Origin: an uncultured Gemmatimonadales bacterium
Lineage (GTDB): Bacteria > Gemmatimonadota > Gemmatimonadetes > Gemmatimonadales > GWC2-71-9
Length of the DNA: 64,000 nucleotides
Assembly: GCA_963828735.1 (NCBI GenBank)
Contig: CAWHFW010000005.1
Span: 1,760,001 to 1,824,000 of the forward strand
Direction: 5' to 3'
The first letter of the stretch is position 1. Each line of letters begins with the position of its first letter. The position numbers and the translations under genes are program-made. Shown piece after piece: positions 19,415-28,539 of the stretch. Under the pieces are notes generated by a model that searched no databases, was not told the origin of the DNA, and was given only the letters and a program-made list of their open reading frames with translations.

Positions 19415-20161
19415 CTATCCCACCGGTCTCGCCACGAGCCGCGCCTCGGCTCGCCTCTCCTGCCGCAGCCGCCGCAGTGCGAGCACGTGCAGAATGACCG
19501 AGAGCGGTACCGCGAACGTCGGCACGAGAATCAGGGGAAACACGCCCATCGCCGCGGCGGCGGGAACCCGGCTTCCAAGGTCCGGAGCGAGATAGGGCGC
19601 GAGCACCCCGGTTCCCATGCCCACGGCCACCACCAAGTCCAGGATGCCGACGGTGTTCCACGCGATCGCGAGCGTGCGCGCCCCGGCGGCGCGCCGGGCG
19701 AGGGCGAGCGCCACCAGCGGCGCCGTAACGCCGACGAGGATGTCACCCCAGCCCGCCGGCTGCGCGAAATACCCCGGGAGCTGGCCGAGGGAGAGAAGGA
19801 TCAGGAACAACACGCCCAGCACGCGATAGACCTGCACGCCCACCAGTCCGGGCAGCGACGCCGCATCGACGGCCCGACGCACGGAAGGTGAGAGCAGGAC
19901 GCCCGCCAGCGCGACGGCGAACGACCCCAGCGCGAAGATCGGAATCAGCGGCGTCAGAGAGAACGGGTCGCGCCCGGCGACGGAGGCCGCTGACGGAGCC
20001 AGGGCGAAGGCGAGGCCGAGCCAGCCGAACAGGAACGCGGCGAGTCCCGCGCGTACGCGGGGCGAGGCCGACGCGCCTAGGATCCGCCAGACGGCGATGG
20101 CCGCGAGCGGCTGCACCAGCACGATGGCGACGGTGATGAAGCGGGGAATGACGGGAATCAT
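19415..20161 (-). CDS. Conserved-looking polytopic membrane protein
   Basis: SD GGAGGA; about 7 hydrophobic segments; QVYRVLG...FAQPAGWGDILVG...WNTVGILDL...FPLILVPTFAVP. Confidence 0.8.
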   Translation of the reverse strand: MIPVIPRFITVAIVLVQPLAAIAVWRILGASASPRVRAGLAAFLFGWLGLAFALAPSAASVAGRDPFSLTPLIPIFALGSFAVALAGVLLSPSVRRAVDAASLPGLVGVQVYRVLGVLFLILLSLGQLPGYFAQPAGWGDILVGVTAPLVALALARRAAGARTLAIAWNTVGILDLVVAVGMGTGVLAPYLAPDLGSRVPAAAAMGVFPLILVPTFAVPLSVILHVLALRRLRQERRAEARLVARPVG

Positions 20162-20186
20162 GGAATCCTCCAGCAAATGTCGTTAG

Positions 20187-20198
20187 GTGTATATACAC
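20187..20198. promoter_or_regulatory. Perfect palindrome GTGTATATACAC, candidate operator
   Basis: AT-rich 12-bp palindrome about 25 bp upstream of the membrane-protein start. Confidence 0.6.
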
Positions 20199-20472
20199 AT
20201 ATACGCTGGCGACCGCAAGAGGAGGGAAAGGGAGCGGTTTGTGAGTGGGGACAGCCGGAAAGCCCGCGCAGCGCCTCAGCCGTCTCGGCCACGAGCGCTC
20301 GCACGATCGTGGCGGCCGGTTGCTCGCCTCGCGCGAGGCGCATCTCACGATAGTCCGCCATGGTGGCCTCGTTGCCCCGGCGCATCTCCCCGATCACGAT
20401 GATGGCGTACATCGTCTCTGGCCCTGTCATCGCCGCGATCGTCCGCCCCGGGCGCGGCGCGGGACGTCCTCG

Positions 20473-21690
20473 TCAGATGCCGACTGCCTCCGCGTCCTCG
20501 ATGCGGCCGGCATGGGGCGACCGATCGCCGACGTCGAGCCCGGGAAGCCAGGCGGTGAGCAGCCCGAGCGCGGGGAGATACGCGCACAGGCGGTAGACGA
20601 ACTCGATGCTCGTGTGGTCCGCGAGCCGGCCCAGCACCGCCGCCCCGATGCCGGCGATACCGAACGCAAAGCCGAAGAAGAGGCCGGAGATCATGCCGAC
20701 CTTGCCGGGCACCAGCTCCTGCGCGAAGACCAGGATCGCGCTGAAGGCGGACGCGAGTATGAACCCGATCACCACGCTCAGCACGCCGGTCCACGCCAGG
20801 TTCACGTGCGGGAGCGCGAGGGTGAACGGCAGTACGCCGAGGATCGAGCACCAGATCACGAGCTTGCGGCCGAAGCGATCGCCCACGGGGCCGCCGATGA
20901 TGGTCCCGGCGGCCACCGCGGCCAGGAACGCGAACAGATGGAGCTGCGCGCTCTGCACGCTCACGCCGAACCGGTGAATGAGGTAGAAGGTGAAGTAGCT
21001 CGAAATGCTCGTCAGGTAAATGTACTTGGAGAAAATGAGCACGATGAGCACGCCCAGCGCGAGCCGGACCCGTCCCGGCGACAACGTCGGATGCCCCTGC
21101 GACGGGGTGGACCGCAGGGCCGCGGCTCGGGCCCGGTGCCGGCGGTACCAGCCGCCGACCCGCCAGAGGACGAGGATCGCGAGCAGCGCCGCGACGGAGA
21201 ACCAGGCGACGCTCCGCTGGCCGCGCGGCAGCACCACGAACGCGGCCAGCAGCGGCCCCACGGCCGAGCCCGTGTTTCCGCCCACCTGGAACAGCGACTG
21301 CGCCATTCCGTGCCGCCCGCCCGACGCCATCCGGGCGACGCGCGAGCTCTCGGGGTGGAACACCGCCGACCCGAGCCCGACCAGTCCGGCCGAGACCAGC
21401 AGCGCGTGAAAGCTCGAGCTCACCGAGAGCAGCAGCATGCCGACGAAGGTGAACCCCATGCCGGCCATGAGAGAGTACGGCTTGGGACGATGGTCGGTGT
21501 ACAGCCCGATGAGCGGCTGCAGCAGCGATGCCGTGAGCTGGAAGGTGAGGGTGATGAGCCCGATCTGGCCGAAATCCAGGTGGAACCCGGCCTTGAGCAT
21601 CGGGTACATCGCCGGCAGCAGCGCCTGCATCATGTCGTTGAGCAAATGGCAGAAGCTGATGGCGAACAGCACGGACAGGGCGGTGGGCAT
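20473..21690 (-). CDS. fsr: MFS transporter, fosmidomycin-resistance (Fsr) family
   Basis: HLLNDMMQ, ASLLQP, FHPESSRVARMASGGRHGMAQSLFQVGGN, GDRFGRK. Start placed at ATG 21690. Confidence 0.9.
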   Translation of the reverse strand: MPTALSVLFAISFCHLLNDMMQALLPAMYPMLKAGFHLDFGQIGLITLTFQLTASLLQPLIGLYTDHRPKPYSLMAGMGFTFVGMLLLSVSSSFHALLVSAGLVGLGSAVFHPESSRVARMASGGRHGMAQSLFQVGGNTGSAVGPLLAAFVVLPRGQRSVAWFSVAALLAILVLWRVGGWYRRHRARAAALRSTPSQGHPTLSPGRVRLALGVLIVLIFSKYIYLTSISSYFTFYLIHRFGVSVQSAQLHLFAFLAAVAAGTIIGGPVGDRFGRKLVIWCSILGVLPFTLALPHVNLAWTGVLSVVIGFILASAFSAILVFAQELVPGKVGMISGLFFGFAFGIAGIGAAVLGRLADHTSIEFVYRLCAYLPALGLLTAWLPGLDVGDRSPHAGRIEDAEAVGI

Positions 21691-21737
21691 CGAGTAAGGT
21701 AGCACCGGGTCGCAGGCGATCCGGAAGCCCGCTCCAC

Positions 21738-22250
21738 TCACCGATCGGCCGACGGGCAGCGCTCCGGGGGCGCGGGTGTGAAGGTGGACGCCACGGTGGT
21801 CATGCGCCATCCGCCGTCGCGCCACGCGTAGGTGGCGGCATAGGCCGAAACGAAGCGGCGCCGCTGCCTGCCGCCGCGCGCGCCAGGCTCCTCCCGGTCC
21901 ACACACACGACCCGCGCCACCCAGGCGAGCGAGGCATCGTCGGAGAGATCGATTCTCGGCGGCTCGAGGTCATCCCAGGCGTAGTATCTGGCGCCCGCGA
22001 AGTAGCGCTCGAACATCGCGTGCACGGCCTCGCGCGGCTGGAGGCTCACCGCGCCCGCGTCGAGCGAGACCAGCGTGTCGGCGAGTGAGGATGCGAGCAA
22101 GGCGGCATCGGTCGTGAGGTGGGCCCGCCTGCCTTCGGCGAGGACGCGGTCGAGCGCGGCGCGAGCCGAGGCACTGCGCGCGGCCGGGGACGCGCCGCCT
22201 GCGCCGCAGGCGGCGAGCAGTGCCAACGCGAACGGTAGCAAGCGAGTCAT
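21738..22250 (-). CDS. Lipoprotein with NTF2-like/DUF4440-like domain
   Basis: Lipobox LLAAC; C-terminal TYAWRDGGWRM strand pattern. Confidence 0.65.
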   Translation of the reverse strand: MTRLLPFALALLAACGAGGASPAARSASARAALDRVLAEGRRAHLTTDAALLASSLADTLVSLDAGAVSLQPREAVHAMFERYFAGARYYAWDDLEPPRIDLSDDASLAWVARVVCVDREEPGARGGRQRRRFVSAYAATYAWRDGGWRMTTVASTFTPAPPERCPSADR

Positions 22251-22326
22251 GTGGCGCGGCATCCTGAGCGGGGGTGTTCCTCCGGACGCAGGCCCGCTCG
22301 CGACTGTTTCGAGGAGCGCGGGAGCC

Positions 22327-22758
22327 TCAGCCGGCCCGGGTCAGCTCCTGGTACAGCTCCCACGCGCTGCGCTCGACCCAGCGCTCGGCAAGCCGGCCAT
22401 CCCGGACGGCCCAGATGGCGATGCCGGTGAACGCGACCGCTCGGCCATCGGCCGGCAGGCCGAGCATGCCCTGGTTCAGCCCGGTGCAGATCCAGCGCGA
22501 GACGACGCGATCGCCGGCCGCGTTGGCGAACGCCTCGACGTTCAGCGTGCGCGCGTGGAACAGGTGGCGCTGGAACTCGGCCACCCACCCCTTGAACGCA
22601 TCCCGGCCGCGGACCGCGCGGCCGCCGGATGTGATGATGTAATCGGGCGTCATGAGCTCATCGATGGCGGCGAGCTCGTGCGACGGTCCCCAGACCCGCT
22701 CGAGGAATTCGACGGCGAGCCGCTCGGCGACCTGAGCGGGCGAAGGGTCGTGCGGCAT
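22327..22758 (-). CDS. SnoaL-like ester cyclase family protein
   Basis: GDRVVSRW...G...GLPADGRAVAFTGIAIWAVRDGRLAERW. Confidence 0.85.
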   Translation of the reverse strand: MPHDPSPAQVAERLAVEFLERVWGPSHELAAIDELMTPDYIITSGGRAVRGRDAFKGWVAEFQRHLFHARTLNVEAFANAAGDRVVSRWICTGLNQGMLGLPADGRAVAFTGIAIWAVRDGRLAERWVERSAWELYQELTRAG

Positions 22759-22810
22759 GGATGGCGCTCCTGACAGGGGAACAGCCTGGCGTCCCTCGAA
22801 GAGGGAATGA

Positions 22811-22829
22811 TAGTTGACAAAAGCAACTA
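22811..22829. promoter_or_regulatory. Operator palindrome TAGTTG-N7-CAACTA
   Basis: Lies between the divergent snoaL-like and MarR-GNAT genes; contains TTGACA. Confidence 0.7.
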
Positions 22830-22870
22830 ATTGGCGAAGCTTGGGATGGTCGCCCTCTCGGAGCATCTGT

Positions 22871-23887
22871 ATGCCCGCCGCACGCTCGCCCGCCGCGTCC
22901 CCCGGCGCGACGCACGTCGCCGCCGCCCGGGTCCGGCGCTTCAACCGATTCTACACCCGCCGGCTCGGCCTGCTCGACGCGGGTCACCTCCGCACCCCGT
23001 TCACTCTCGCCGAGGTGCGGGTGCTGTACGAGGTGGCGCATCGCGACCGGCCGACGGCGGCCGCGATCGCGGAGGTACTCGGGCTCGACGCGGGCTACAT
23101 GAGCCGGCTTCTCCGCGCGCTTCGGCACGGGGGACTCCTCACCGCCCGGGTGGTTCCGCACGACCGACGGCAGCGGGTGCTGGCGCTCACCGCGCGGGGC
23201 CGCAAGACGTTCGCGACGCTCGATGCACGCGCGACCGCGGAGATGGCAGCCATGCTCGGGGACCTGTCGCGCCCGGAGCAGGCTCGCCTTCTGACGTCGC
23301 TCGAGGCGGTGCAATCCCTGTTGGACGAGGGCGACCCGACGCCGGCCGGAGCCCTTCCGATCGTCGCGCTGCGCGCTCCGGAGCCGGGCGATCTCGGGTG
23401 GGTCGTCCAGCGGCACGGTGAGCTGTATGCGGAGGAATACGGCTGGAACGAGGAGTTCGAGCGGCTGGTGGCCATCGTCGTCGGCGAGTTCGCCGCCGCC
23501 GAGCCCGGGCCGCGGCGCCGGTGCTGGATCGCGACGCTCGACGGGCGGCGGGCGGGCTGTGTCTTCCTCATGCCCGGAGACGAGGGCATCGGCCGGTTGC
23601 GGCTGCTGCTGGTCGAGCCTTGGGCGCGCGGCCACGGACTTGGCGCGCGCCTGGTGGATACCTGCATCCAGGCCGCGCGCCGCGCGGGTTGCCACACCCT
23701 CACGCTCTGGACCAACGACGTGCTGGACGCGGCGCGCCGGCTCTACGAGCGCGCGGGATTCCGGCTGGTGACGACCGACCATCACCGGAGCTTCGGCAAG
23801 GCGCTCACGGGTCAGACGTGGGACCTCGCCCTCCCTAGAACCGCTCGTGCTCCTCGAGCACGGCGAGGCTCCTCGACCCCAGCGTGA
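22871..23887 (+). CDS. Bifunctional MarR HTH / GNAT acetyltransferase
   Basis: VRRFNRFYT...RVLYE...LDAGYMSR; PGDLGWVVQRHG...LRLLLVEP.ARGHGLG...LWTNDVLDAARRLY. 3' end overlaps the convergent gene by 53 bp. Confidence 0.9.
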   Translation: MPAARSPAASPGATHVAAARVRRFNRFYTRRLGLLDAGHLRTPFTLAEVRVLYEVAHRDRPTAAAIAEVLGLDAGYMSRLLRALRHGGLLTARVVPHDRRQRVLALTARGRKTFATLDARATAEMAAMLGDLSRPEQARLLTSLEAVQSLLDEGDPTPAGALPIVALRAPEPGDLGWVVQRHGELYAEEYGWNEEFERLVAIVVGEFAAAEPGPRRRCWIATLDGRRAGCVFLMPGDEGIGRLRLLLVEPWARGHGLGARLVDTCIQAARRAGCHTLTLWTNDVLDAARRLYERAGFRLVTTDHHRSFGKALTGQTWDLALPRTARAPRARRGSSTPA

Positions 23888-24188
23888 CGAGCGACTGGAA
23901 CACGCCCTTCACCCCGGTGGTGGAACCCTTGGGAGGCGGGGCCGCCGTCTCGGCGACGACCGTGAGGGTGCCGGTGTCGTCCTTCACCTGGTAGGCCCCC
24001 CGACCCAGGATGCCGGCCGACTCCCCGACCTGGCCTTTGATCCGCACCGTCTTGCCGTTGTACTTGGAGGAGTTCTGGAGCAGCTCGCCGATCGGCGTGA
24101 CGCTGGCGCAGGCGGCGAGCAGGACCACGGCGGCGGCAACGCACGTGTGAGACGCCGCGCGGCGGAACGTGCGAGCGGAGGGACGCAT
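23835..24188 (-). CDS. Small OB-fold lipoprotein
   Basis: Lipobox LLAAC; TPIGELL...YNGKTVRIKGQV...YQVKDDTGTLTV. Confidence 0.75.
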   Translation of the reverse strand: MRPSARTFRRAASHTCVAAAVVLLAACASVTPIGELLQNSSKYNGKTVRIKGQVGESAGILGRGAYQVKDDTGTLTVVAETAAPPPKGSTTGVKGVFQSLVTLGSRSLAVLEEHERF

Positions 24189-24278
24189 AGTCAGGGCTCC
24201 TGGTAACCGGTCAAGGCGCTGGACATCCGAGACGCCCGCCGAATGTAGTGCCCTGAGGTCCGGCTGCCAGCGAGCCGG

Positions 24279-24452
24279 ATCACATGTGGGGCCACCGTGT
24301 TCACGCTGTTGCCGTTGTGGGAGCCGCTCCGCTACGCGCAGATCGGCGGCCTCGCCTTCGCGACCGAGATCACACTCATCCTGGTACCGGTGTTCCATTC
24401 GATCTCGGTGCTGGACCTCAAGATCGTGAAGTGGGTTCCGAGTCACCACTAG
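24279..24452 (+). pseudogene. Remnant of an AcrB-family RND transporter C-terminus
   Basis: Own translation ITCGATVFTLLPLWEPLRYAQIGGLAFATEITLILVPVFHSISVLDLKIVKWVPSHH*; resembles the final RND TM helices; no upstream gene body. Confidence 0.7.
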
Positions 24453-24575
24453 TGGGCGACGGCGTGCGCATGACGATCCGGTGGAATCGCGCATTCAAGA
24501 ATGGGGGCGACCGTCATCGCGGCGGCAGGGCGTCCGCGGGCGGCGAGCGCTCCCCACTCTCGAAGGAGGAAGAAC

Positions 24576-25211
24576 ATGCGCGCGCCGGTGCCGCTCGCCG
24601 TGGCCGCAATGGTCATGGCGTTCACTGCTTGCTCCCCGGCCCCACAGCCGCAGACCGTCGTCGCCCCCGACGGCGGCCTGAGTGGCCTTCAGACGTTCCA
24701 GGTCGTCGACGCGTCCAATTTCCTGGGCGACGTCCAGCCCGGAGAAACCCGCCCCCCATTCGTCAATTCCACGACCAGCCGAGCCTTGGGGGCGACCATC
24801 ACCACCCAGCTCGAGCGCCGGGGCTACACCCCGAGCGAGGCCGCGCCGGATGTCCTGGTCAAGTACGGGGTGGCGGCCAAGGAAGACCTCGATCCGAGCG
24901 ACGGGAACTATGACTATCTCTGGCGCACGGCCGACTGGCGCGACTGGGGGCCGGGACAAAATGACGCCACGCCCGAGGAGTACGCCGAGGGCGCGGTGGT
25001 GATCGACGTCATCGACACGCACACCGGACAACTCCTGTGGCGGGGGCACGCGCCGGCTGACCCGTCGGGTGACGAAAACGTCGCGGTCAGGCGGCTGGAT
25101 CGAACGGTCACCTCGATCCTCGGCCGGTTCCCGGAGCGGACAGTCGCCCTCGGCCCGGCCGCGGATTCTTCCCGCGCGTCCCGATCGGGGCATCGCGCGA
25201 TTCAGGGCTGA
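24576..25211 (+). CDS. DUF4136-like lipoprotein
   Basis: Lipobox FTAC; LERRGY...PDVLV...EYAEGAVVIDVID...LLWRG...ILGRFP. Confidence 0.8.
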   Translation: MRAPVPLAVAAMVMAFTACSPAPQPQTVVAPDGGLSGLQTFQVVDASNFLGDVQPGETRPPFVNSTTSRALGATITTQLERRGYTPSEAAPDVLVKYGVAAKEDLDPSDGNYDYLWRTADWRDWGPGQNDATPEEYAEGAVVIDVIDTHTGQLLWRGHAPADPSGDENVAVRRLDRTVTSILGRFPERTVALGPAADSSRASRSGHRAIQG

Positions 25212-25241
25212 CGGGCGATCGACAAGTCACTCGAGCACAAA

Positions 25242-25275
25242 CGAAGGGGCATGCGCGCAACGCATGCCCCCTTCG
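25242..25275. terminator. Hairpin between convergent genes
   Basis: CGAAGGGGCATGCG-cgcaa-CGCATGCCCCCTTCG; 14-bp stem with one bulge. Confidence 0.6.
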
Positions 25276-25370
25276 GTGTGCCAAGGTGACTCATGGCGCG
25301 GAACTCCCGGGGATCTTCTCGCTTGCCCCGACAGTCCCGCCGTACGGCTACACCGTGGGCGCCACGGCGC

Positions 25371-25775
25371 TCAGCCTCTCGTCCCGCCTGCGCGCATCGC
25401 CCGTTCGATCGCGGCGAGCAGCTCGTCACCGTCGATCGGTTTGGGCAAGAACTCGGTCACGCCCGCGGCGACGTAACGGGCGCGCGCCTCGGCCGAGTCG
25501 TCCGCGGTCACCACCACGGTCGGAATTCGGAGGGATCGCGCGGCGAGAACGCGCTGCATCTCGAACCCGGTCATACCCGGCATCTGGGTATCGAGGACCA
25601 GGCAGTCGGGCAGTGTCCCGCCCCCGTCGATCGCGTCGATGAATTCGTGGCCTGAGCTGTGGACCGTCGCCCGCATGCCAAGCGCGGCGCAGAGCCGGCC
25701 CAGGCCCACACGAACGGGGCCGTCGTCGTCGATGATGGCGAGCCAGAGGCCTGTCTTGGGTACGTCGACGCTCAT
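25371..25775 (-). CDS. Single-domain response regulator (receiver only)
   Basis: IIDDD, CLVLDTQMPGMTG, VVTA, FLPKP. Confidence 0.9.
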   Translation of the reverse strand: MSVDVPKTGLWLAIIDDDGPVRVGLGRLCAALGMRATVHSSGHEFIDAIDGGGTLPDCLVLDTQMPGMTGFEMQRVLAARSLRIPTVVVTADDSAEARARYVAAGVTEFLPKPIDGDELLAAIERAMRAGGTRG

Positions 25776-27829
25776 GCGTGGGCCCTCGTGGGAGAGATGT
25801 CATAGACGCCGCCGATCAACTCGGGGCGAGGCATTCCGATCGCCTCCAGCGGCGCCGCCGCGAGGAGGCAATGCACCGTCGCCCCACGGGCGGGGTTGTT
25901 CTCGGCCCAGAGACGGCCGCCGTGCGCAGCCACGATGGTCCTCGAGATCGAGAGCCCGAGGCCAAGCCCCTCGGCCTTGGTCGTGACGAACGGCTCGAAC
26001 AGGCGGCCGATCACTGTGTCCGGGATGCCCGTTCCGCAATCGCGGATGGAAAAGTGCACGTAGTCCCCGGGGGCGGTCGCCACCGTGAGAGTTAGCGCCC
26101 GATCGGCATCGGATGCGGCGCTCATGGCCTCGCACGCGTTGAGAATGAGGTTGAGCAGCACCTGCTGCAGCTGGACCCGGTCGCCCAGCACCGGCGGGAG
26201 GTCGGGCTCGACCAAGGTGGTGGCGGTCACGCGTCGGACGATCAGCTCGGCGTGGGCCAGCTCCAGCACGTCCCGTATGAGCTCGCCCGGATCCAGCTGC
26301 TGAAGCCGCGTCTCGCCCCGCTTGAGCAGGGCGCGAAGGCGATCGATCACCTGGCCGGCGCGGCGGTCCTCGCTCACGATGTCCTGCAGAATAGCACCAA
26401 GCTCGGCGGGATCCACCGCCTGGCGGCGGACCAGGTGGCTGGCGGTCTGCGCGTTGCTCAGGATGGACGTCAGGGGCTGGCTGAGCTCGTGCGCGAGCGC
26501 GCCGGACAGCTGGCCCAGGACGCTGACGCGCGCCAGGTGCGACAGCGCCCGCCGCTGCTCCTCGATCTCGAGGCGCGACTGGCGGAGCGCGGTCACGTTG
26601 GCCCGTGTGACGACGGCGCCGCCGGCGGGCCGCTCGAGCGCCTCGGCGCTCAGGGTGTACCACTCCTCCCGACCGCCGTAGTCGCGATCGTACTCCAGCT
26701 CGAACCGGCGCTGCACGCGGCCCAGCACGCTCTCGATGCCGGCGAGCGTGCGGGTCGCGATGGCGTCGCCGCCGTGCGCGGCGAGCCCGCACGCGGCCAG
26801 GTAGTCGTCACCCGCGCCCGCGCGCTCCCACTGGTCCGCGTCGGGCGTGTCGGCAAATCGCCGCCACGAGTCGTTGACCTCGAGCACGATGCCACGCGCA
26901 TCGAGAATGGCGACGTGATCGTGGAGCGACAGGAGCAGCGCCCGATAGAGCTGCACGGCGCCCTGGCGGGCGCTCGCGACGGCGGCCAGGCAAAGGACCG
27001 GCAGCGTCGTCAGCAGCACGAAGACCTGCAGGGCCAGCACGTTTGCGTCGGGCGACGATACCACGAGCGGGTTGGTGCCGCGGTCGGCGCCCAGAATGGC
27101 GGAGGTCGCTACCGTCGTCAGGGCGAGGGCCGCCCCGCCGGGCCCGAAGCGGAGGGCGGCCCAGATCAACACGGGAAGCGGCGCGTAGGCGGTGACGGCG
27201 GGATTCCAGCGGCCGGAGCTCGGCAGCAGAAACGCGGCCGTGCAGGTGACGACGAGCGCGCTGGCCAGAATCCCGGCCTCCACGGCACGCCGCCGGCTCA
27301 CCAGGCGACGACGCCACTTCGCGCCACCCAGGAGCGCCGCCGTGAACACCGGCAGCAAGGTCAGGCCCGTCAGCGCGTTGGACACGAACCACTCGGTCCA
27401 CGCGCGCCAGTACCTTGGCGACGTGTCGTGCAGCAGGACGTTGGTGGCGCCGATCGTCGCCGCGACCGCCGGCGCGACGAGGACGGCGGGCACCACGAAC
27501 ATCAGGAGCGCGGGGATGCTGTCGAGGCGCGGCAGCCCTCGGAACAGCCACTGCAGGAGCAGTGCTGCCACGAGCGCGCGCACCGTGTTCGCCAGGTCCG
27601 CGAGCAGCACCCAGGAGAGACTCCACTGCGACAGGCTCGCGAGAGCATGAGTGAAGCCGCCGAGGAGGATGTACCACACCCAGTCGCGCCGTGGGGTGGC
27701 GAGGAGGGCGGCTGTGAGGATCGCGTAGGGCGGGAAGAACACCGCGGAACCCATCTCCGGGTACCGCAGCAGGGAGCCGACTTCGTTGCCGAGAAAGGCG
27801 AGCGGGGTGAACAGCAGGAGTCCCGGCAC
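25772..27829 (-). CDS. MASE1-PAS sensor histidine kinase (FixL-like)
   Basis: TM-rich MASE1 region (WAALRFG); PAS (ILDARGIVLEVNDSW); H box AHELSQPL; QVLLNLILNA; DCGTG; FVTTK; GLGLGL. Confidence 0.9.
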   Translation of the reverse strand: MPGLLLFTPLAFLGNEVGSLLRYPEMGSAVFFPPYAILTAALLATPRRDWVWYILLGGFTHALASLSQWSLSWVLLADLANTVRALVAALLLQWLFRGLPRLDSIPALLMFVVPAVLVAPAVAATIGATNVLLHDTSPRYWRAWTEWFVSNALTGLTLLPVFTAALLGGAKWRRRLVSRRRAVEAGILASALVVTCTAAFLLPSSGRWNPAVTAYAPLPVLIWAALRFGPGGAALALTTVATSAILGADRGTNPLVVSSPDANVLALQVFVLLTTLPVLCLAAVASARQGAVQLYRALLLSLHDHVAILDARGIVLEVNDSWRRFADTPDADQWERAGAGDDYLAACGLAAHGGDAIATRTLAGIESVLGRVQRRFELEYDRDYGGREEWYTLSAEALERPAGGAVVTRANVTALRQSRLEIEEQRRALSHLARVSVLGQLSGALAHELSQPLTSILSNAQTASHLVRRQAVDPAELGAILQDIVSEDRRAGQVIDRLRALLKRGETRLQQLDPGELIRDVLELAHAELIVRRVTATTLVEPDLPPVLGDRVQLQQVLLNLILNACEAMSAASDADRALTLTVATAPGDYVHFSIRDCGTGIPDTVIGRLFEPFVTTKAEGLGLGLSISRTIVAAHGGRLWAENNPARGATVHCLLAAAPLEAIGMPRPELIGGVYDISPTRAHA

Positions 27830-27852
27830 GAGCGGGAACCCCGCTCGTGCCG
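27824..27852. repeat. Perfect 13-bp inverted repeat covering the kinase start codon
   Basis: CGGCACGAGCGGG-aac-CCCGCTCGTGCCG. Confidence 0.85.
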
Positions 27853-28047
27853 ACCTCCGGCAGCGAACTTCCGCGCACTTCGGTCACTCGATTCCGTCTT
27901 GAGGCGTCCGATGCACCTGGCCTACCCGGGACCGGCTACAGCTAATGTACCGGCCGGGAACGCCCGGGACTAGAGAAGGGTCGTTGGGTCCCGGGGCCAG
28001 GTTGTCGGGTTGCTCGCCCGAACGCAGGGCGGGCCCGAGGGGACGCC

Positions 28048-28539
28048 TCATGTATGAGGCCCGCCCGACCAAAGGCGCCTCGCGAGCATGCCGGCGCGCT
28101 CCACGAATCCGTGCCGCTCGTACAGCGGTCGGCTCCGCGGCGTCGGCCAGAGGAACACCGTGTCGATGTCGCGCGCGGCGCACCCGGTCAGCGCCGCCTC
28201 GAGTAGCGCCGACCCGACGCCGCGATTCCGCGCGGACGCTCGCACGTAGAAGCCGGTCATGTACGCGTGATGCTCGGGCTCGCCGGTCGGATTCGGCAGC
28301 TTTTCGAGGAACTGCACCCAGACGACCCCCAGCGGCACGCCCCCGGCATCTTCGGCGAGCCAGCAGCGCCATACGTCCGACCGCGGCAGGCGGGCAGCCA
28401 TCCACTCGGCGCACCGTTCGTGGAACCCGGATTCGGGACGCACCTCCGGCACGACGGCGGTGCGGAGCTCGTAGCGCAGCTCGGCGAGGGCGGGCGCATC
28501 CGTGGGGATGGCCGGACGGATCCGCGGCGAGTCGGTCAC
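28048..28539 (-). CDS. GNAT family N-acetyltransferase
   Basis: IRPAIPTD...AYMTGFYV...RNRGVGSALL...RPLYERHGF. Confidence 0.9.
   Translation of the reverse strand: MTDSPRIRPAIPTDAPALAELRYELRTAVVPEVRPESGFHERCAEWMAARLPRSDVWRCWLAEDAGGVPLGVVWVQFLEKLPNPTGEPEHHAYMTGFYVRASARNRGVGSALLEAALTGCAARDIDTVFLWPTPRSRPLYERHGFVERAGMLARRLWSGGPHT

Noticed and set aside
23835..23887. 53-bp convergent overlap as a third frameshift
   Set aside because: Could be a natural tail extension; cannot be decided without reads.
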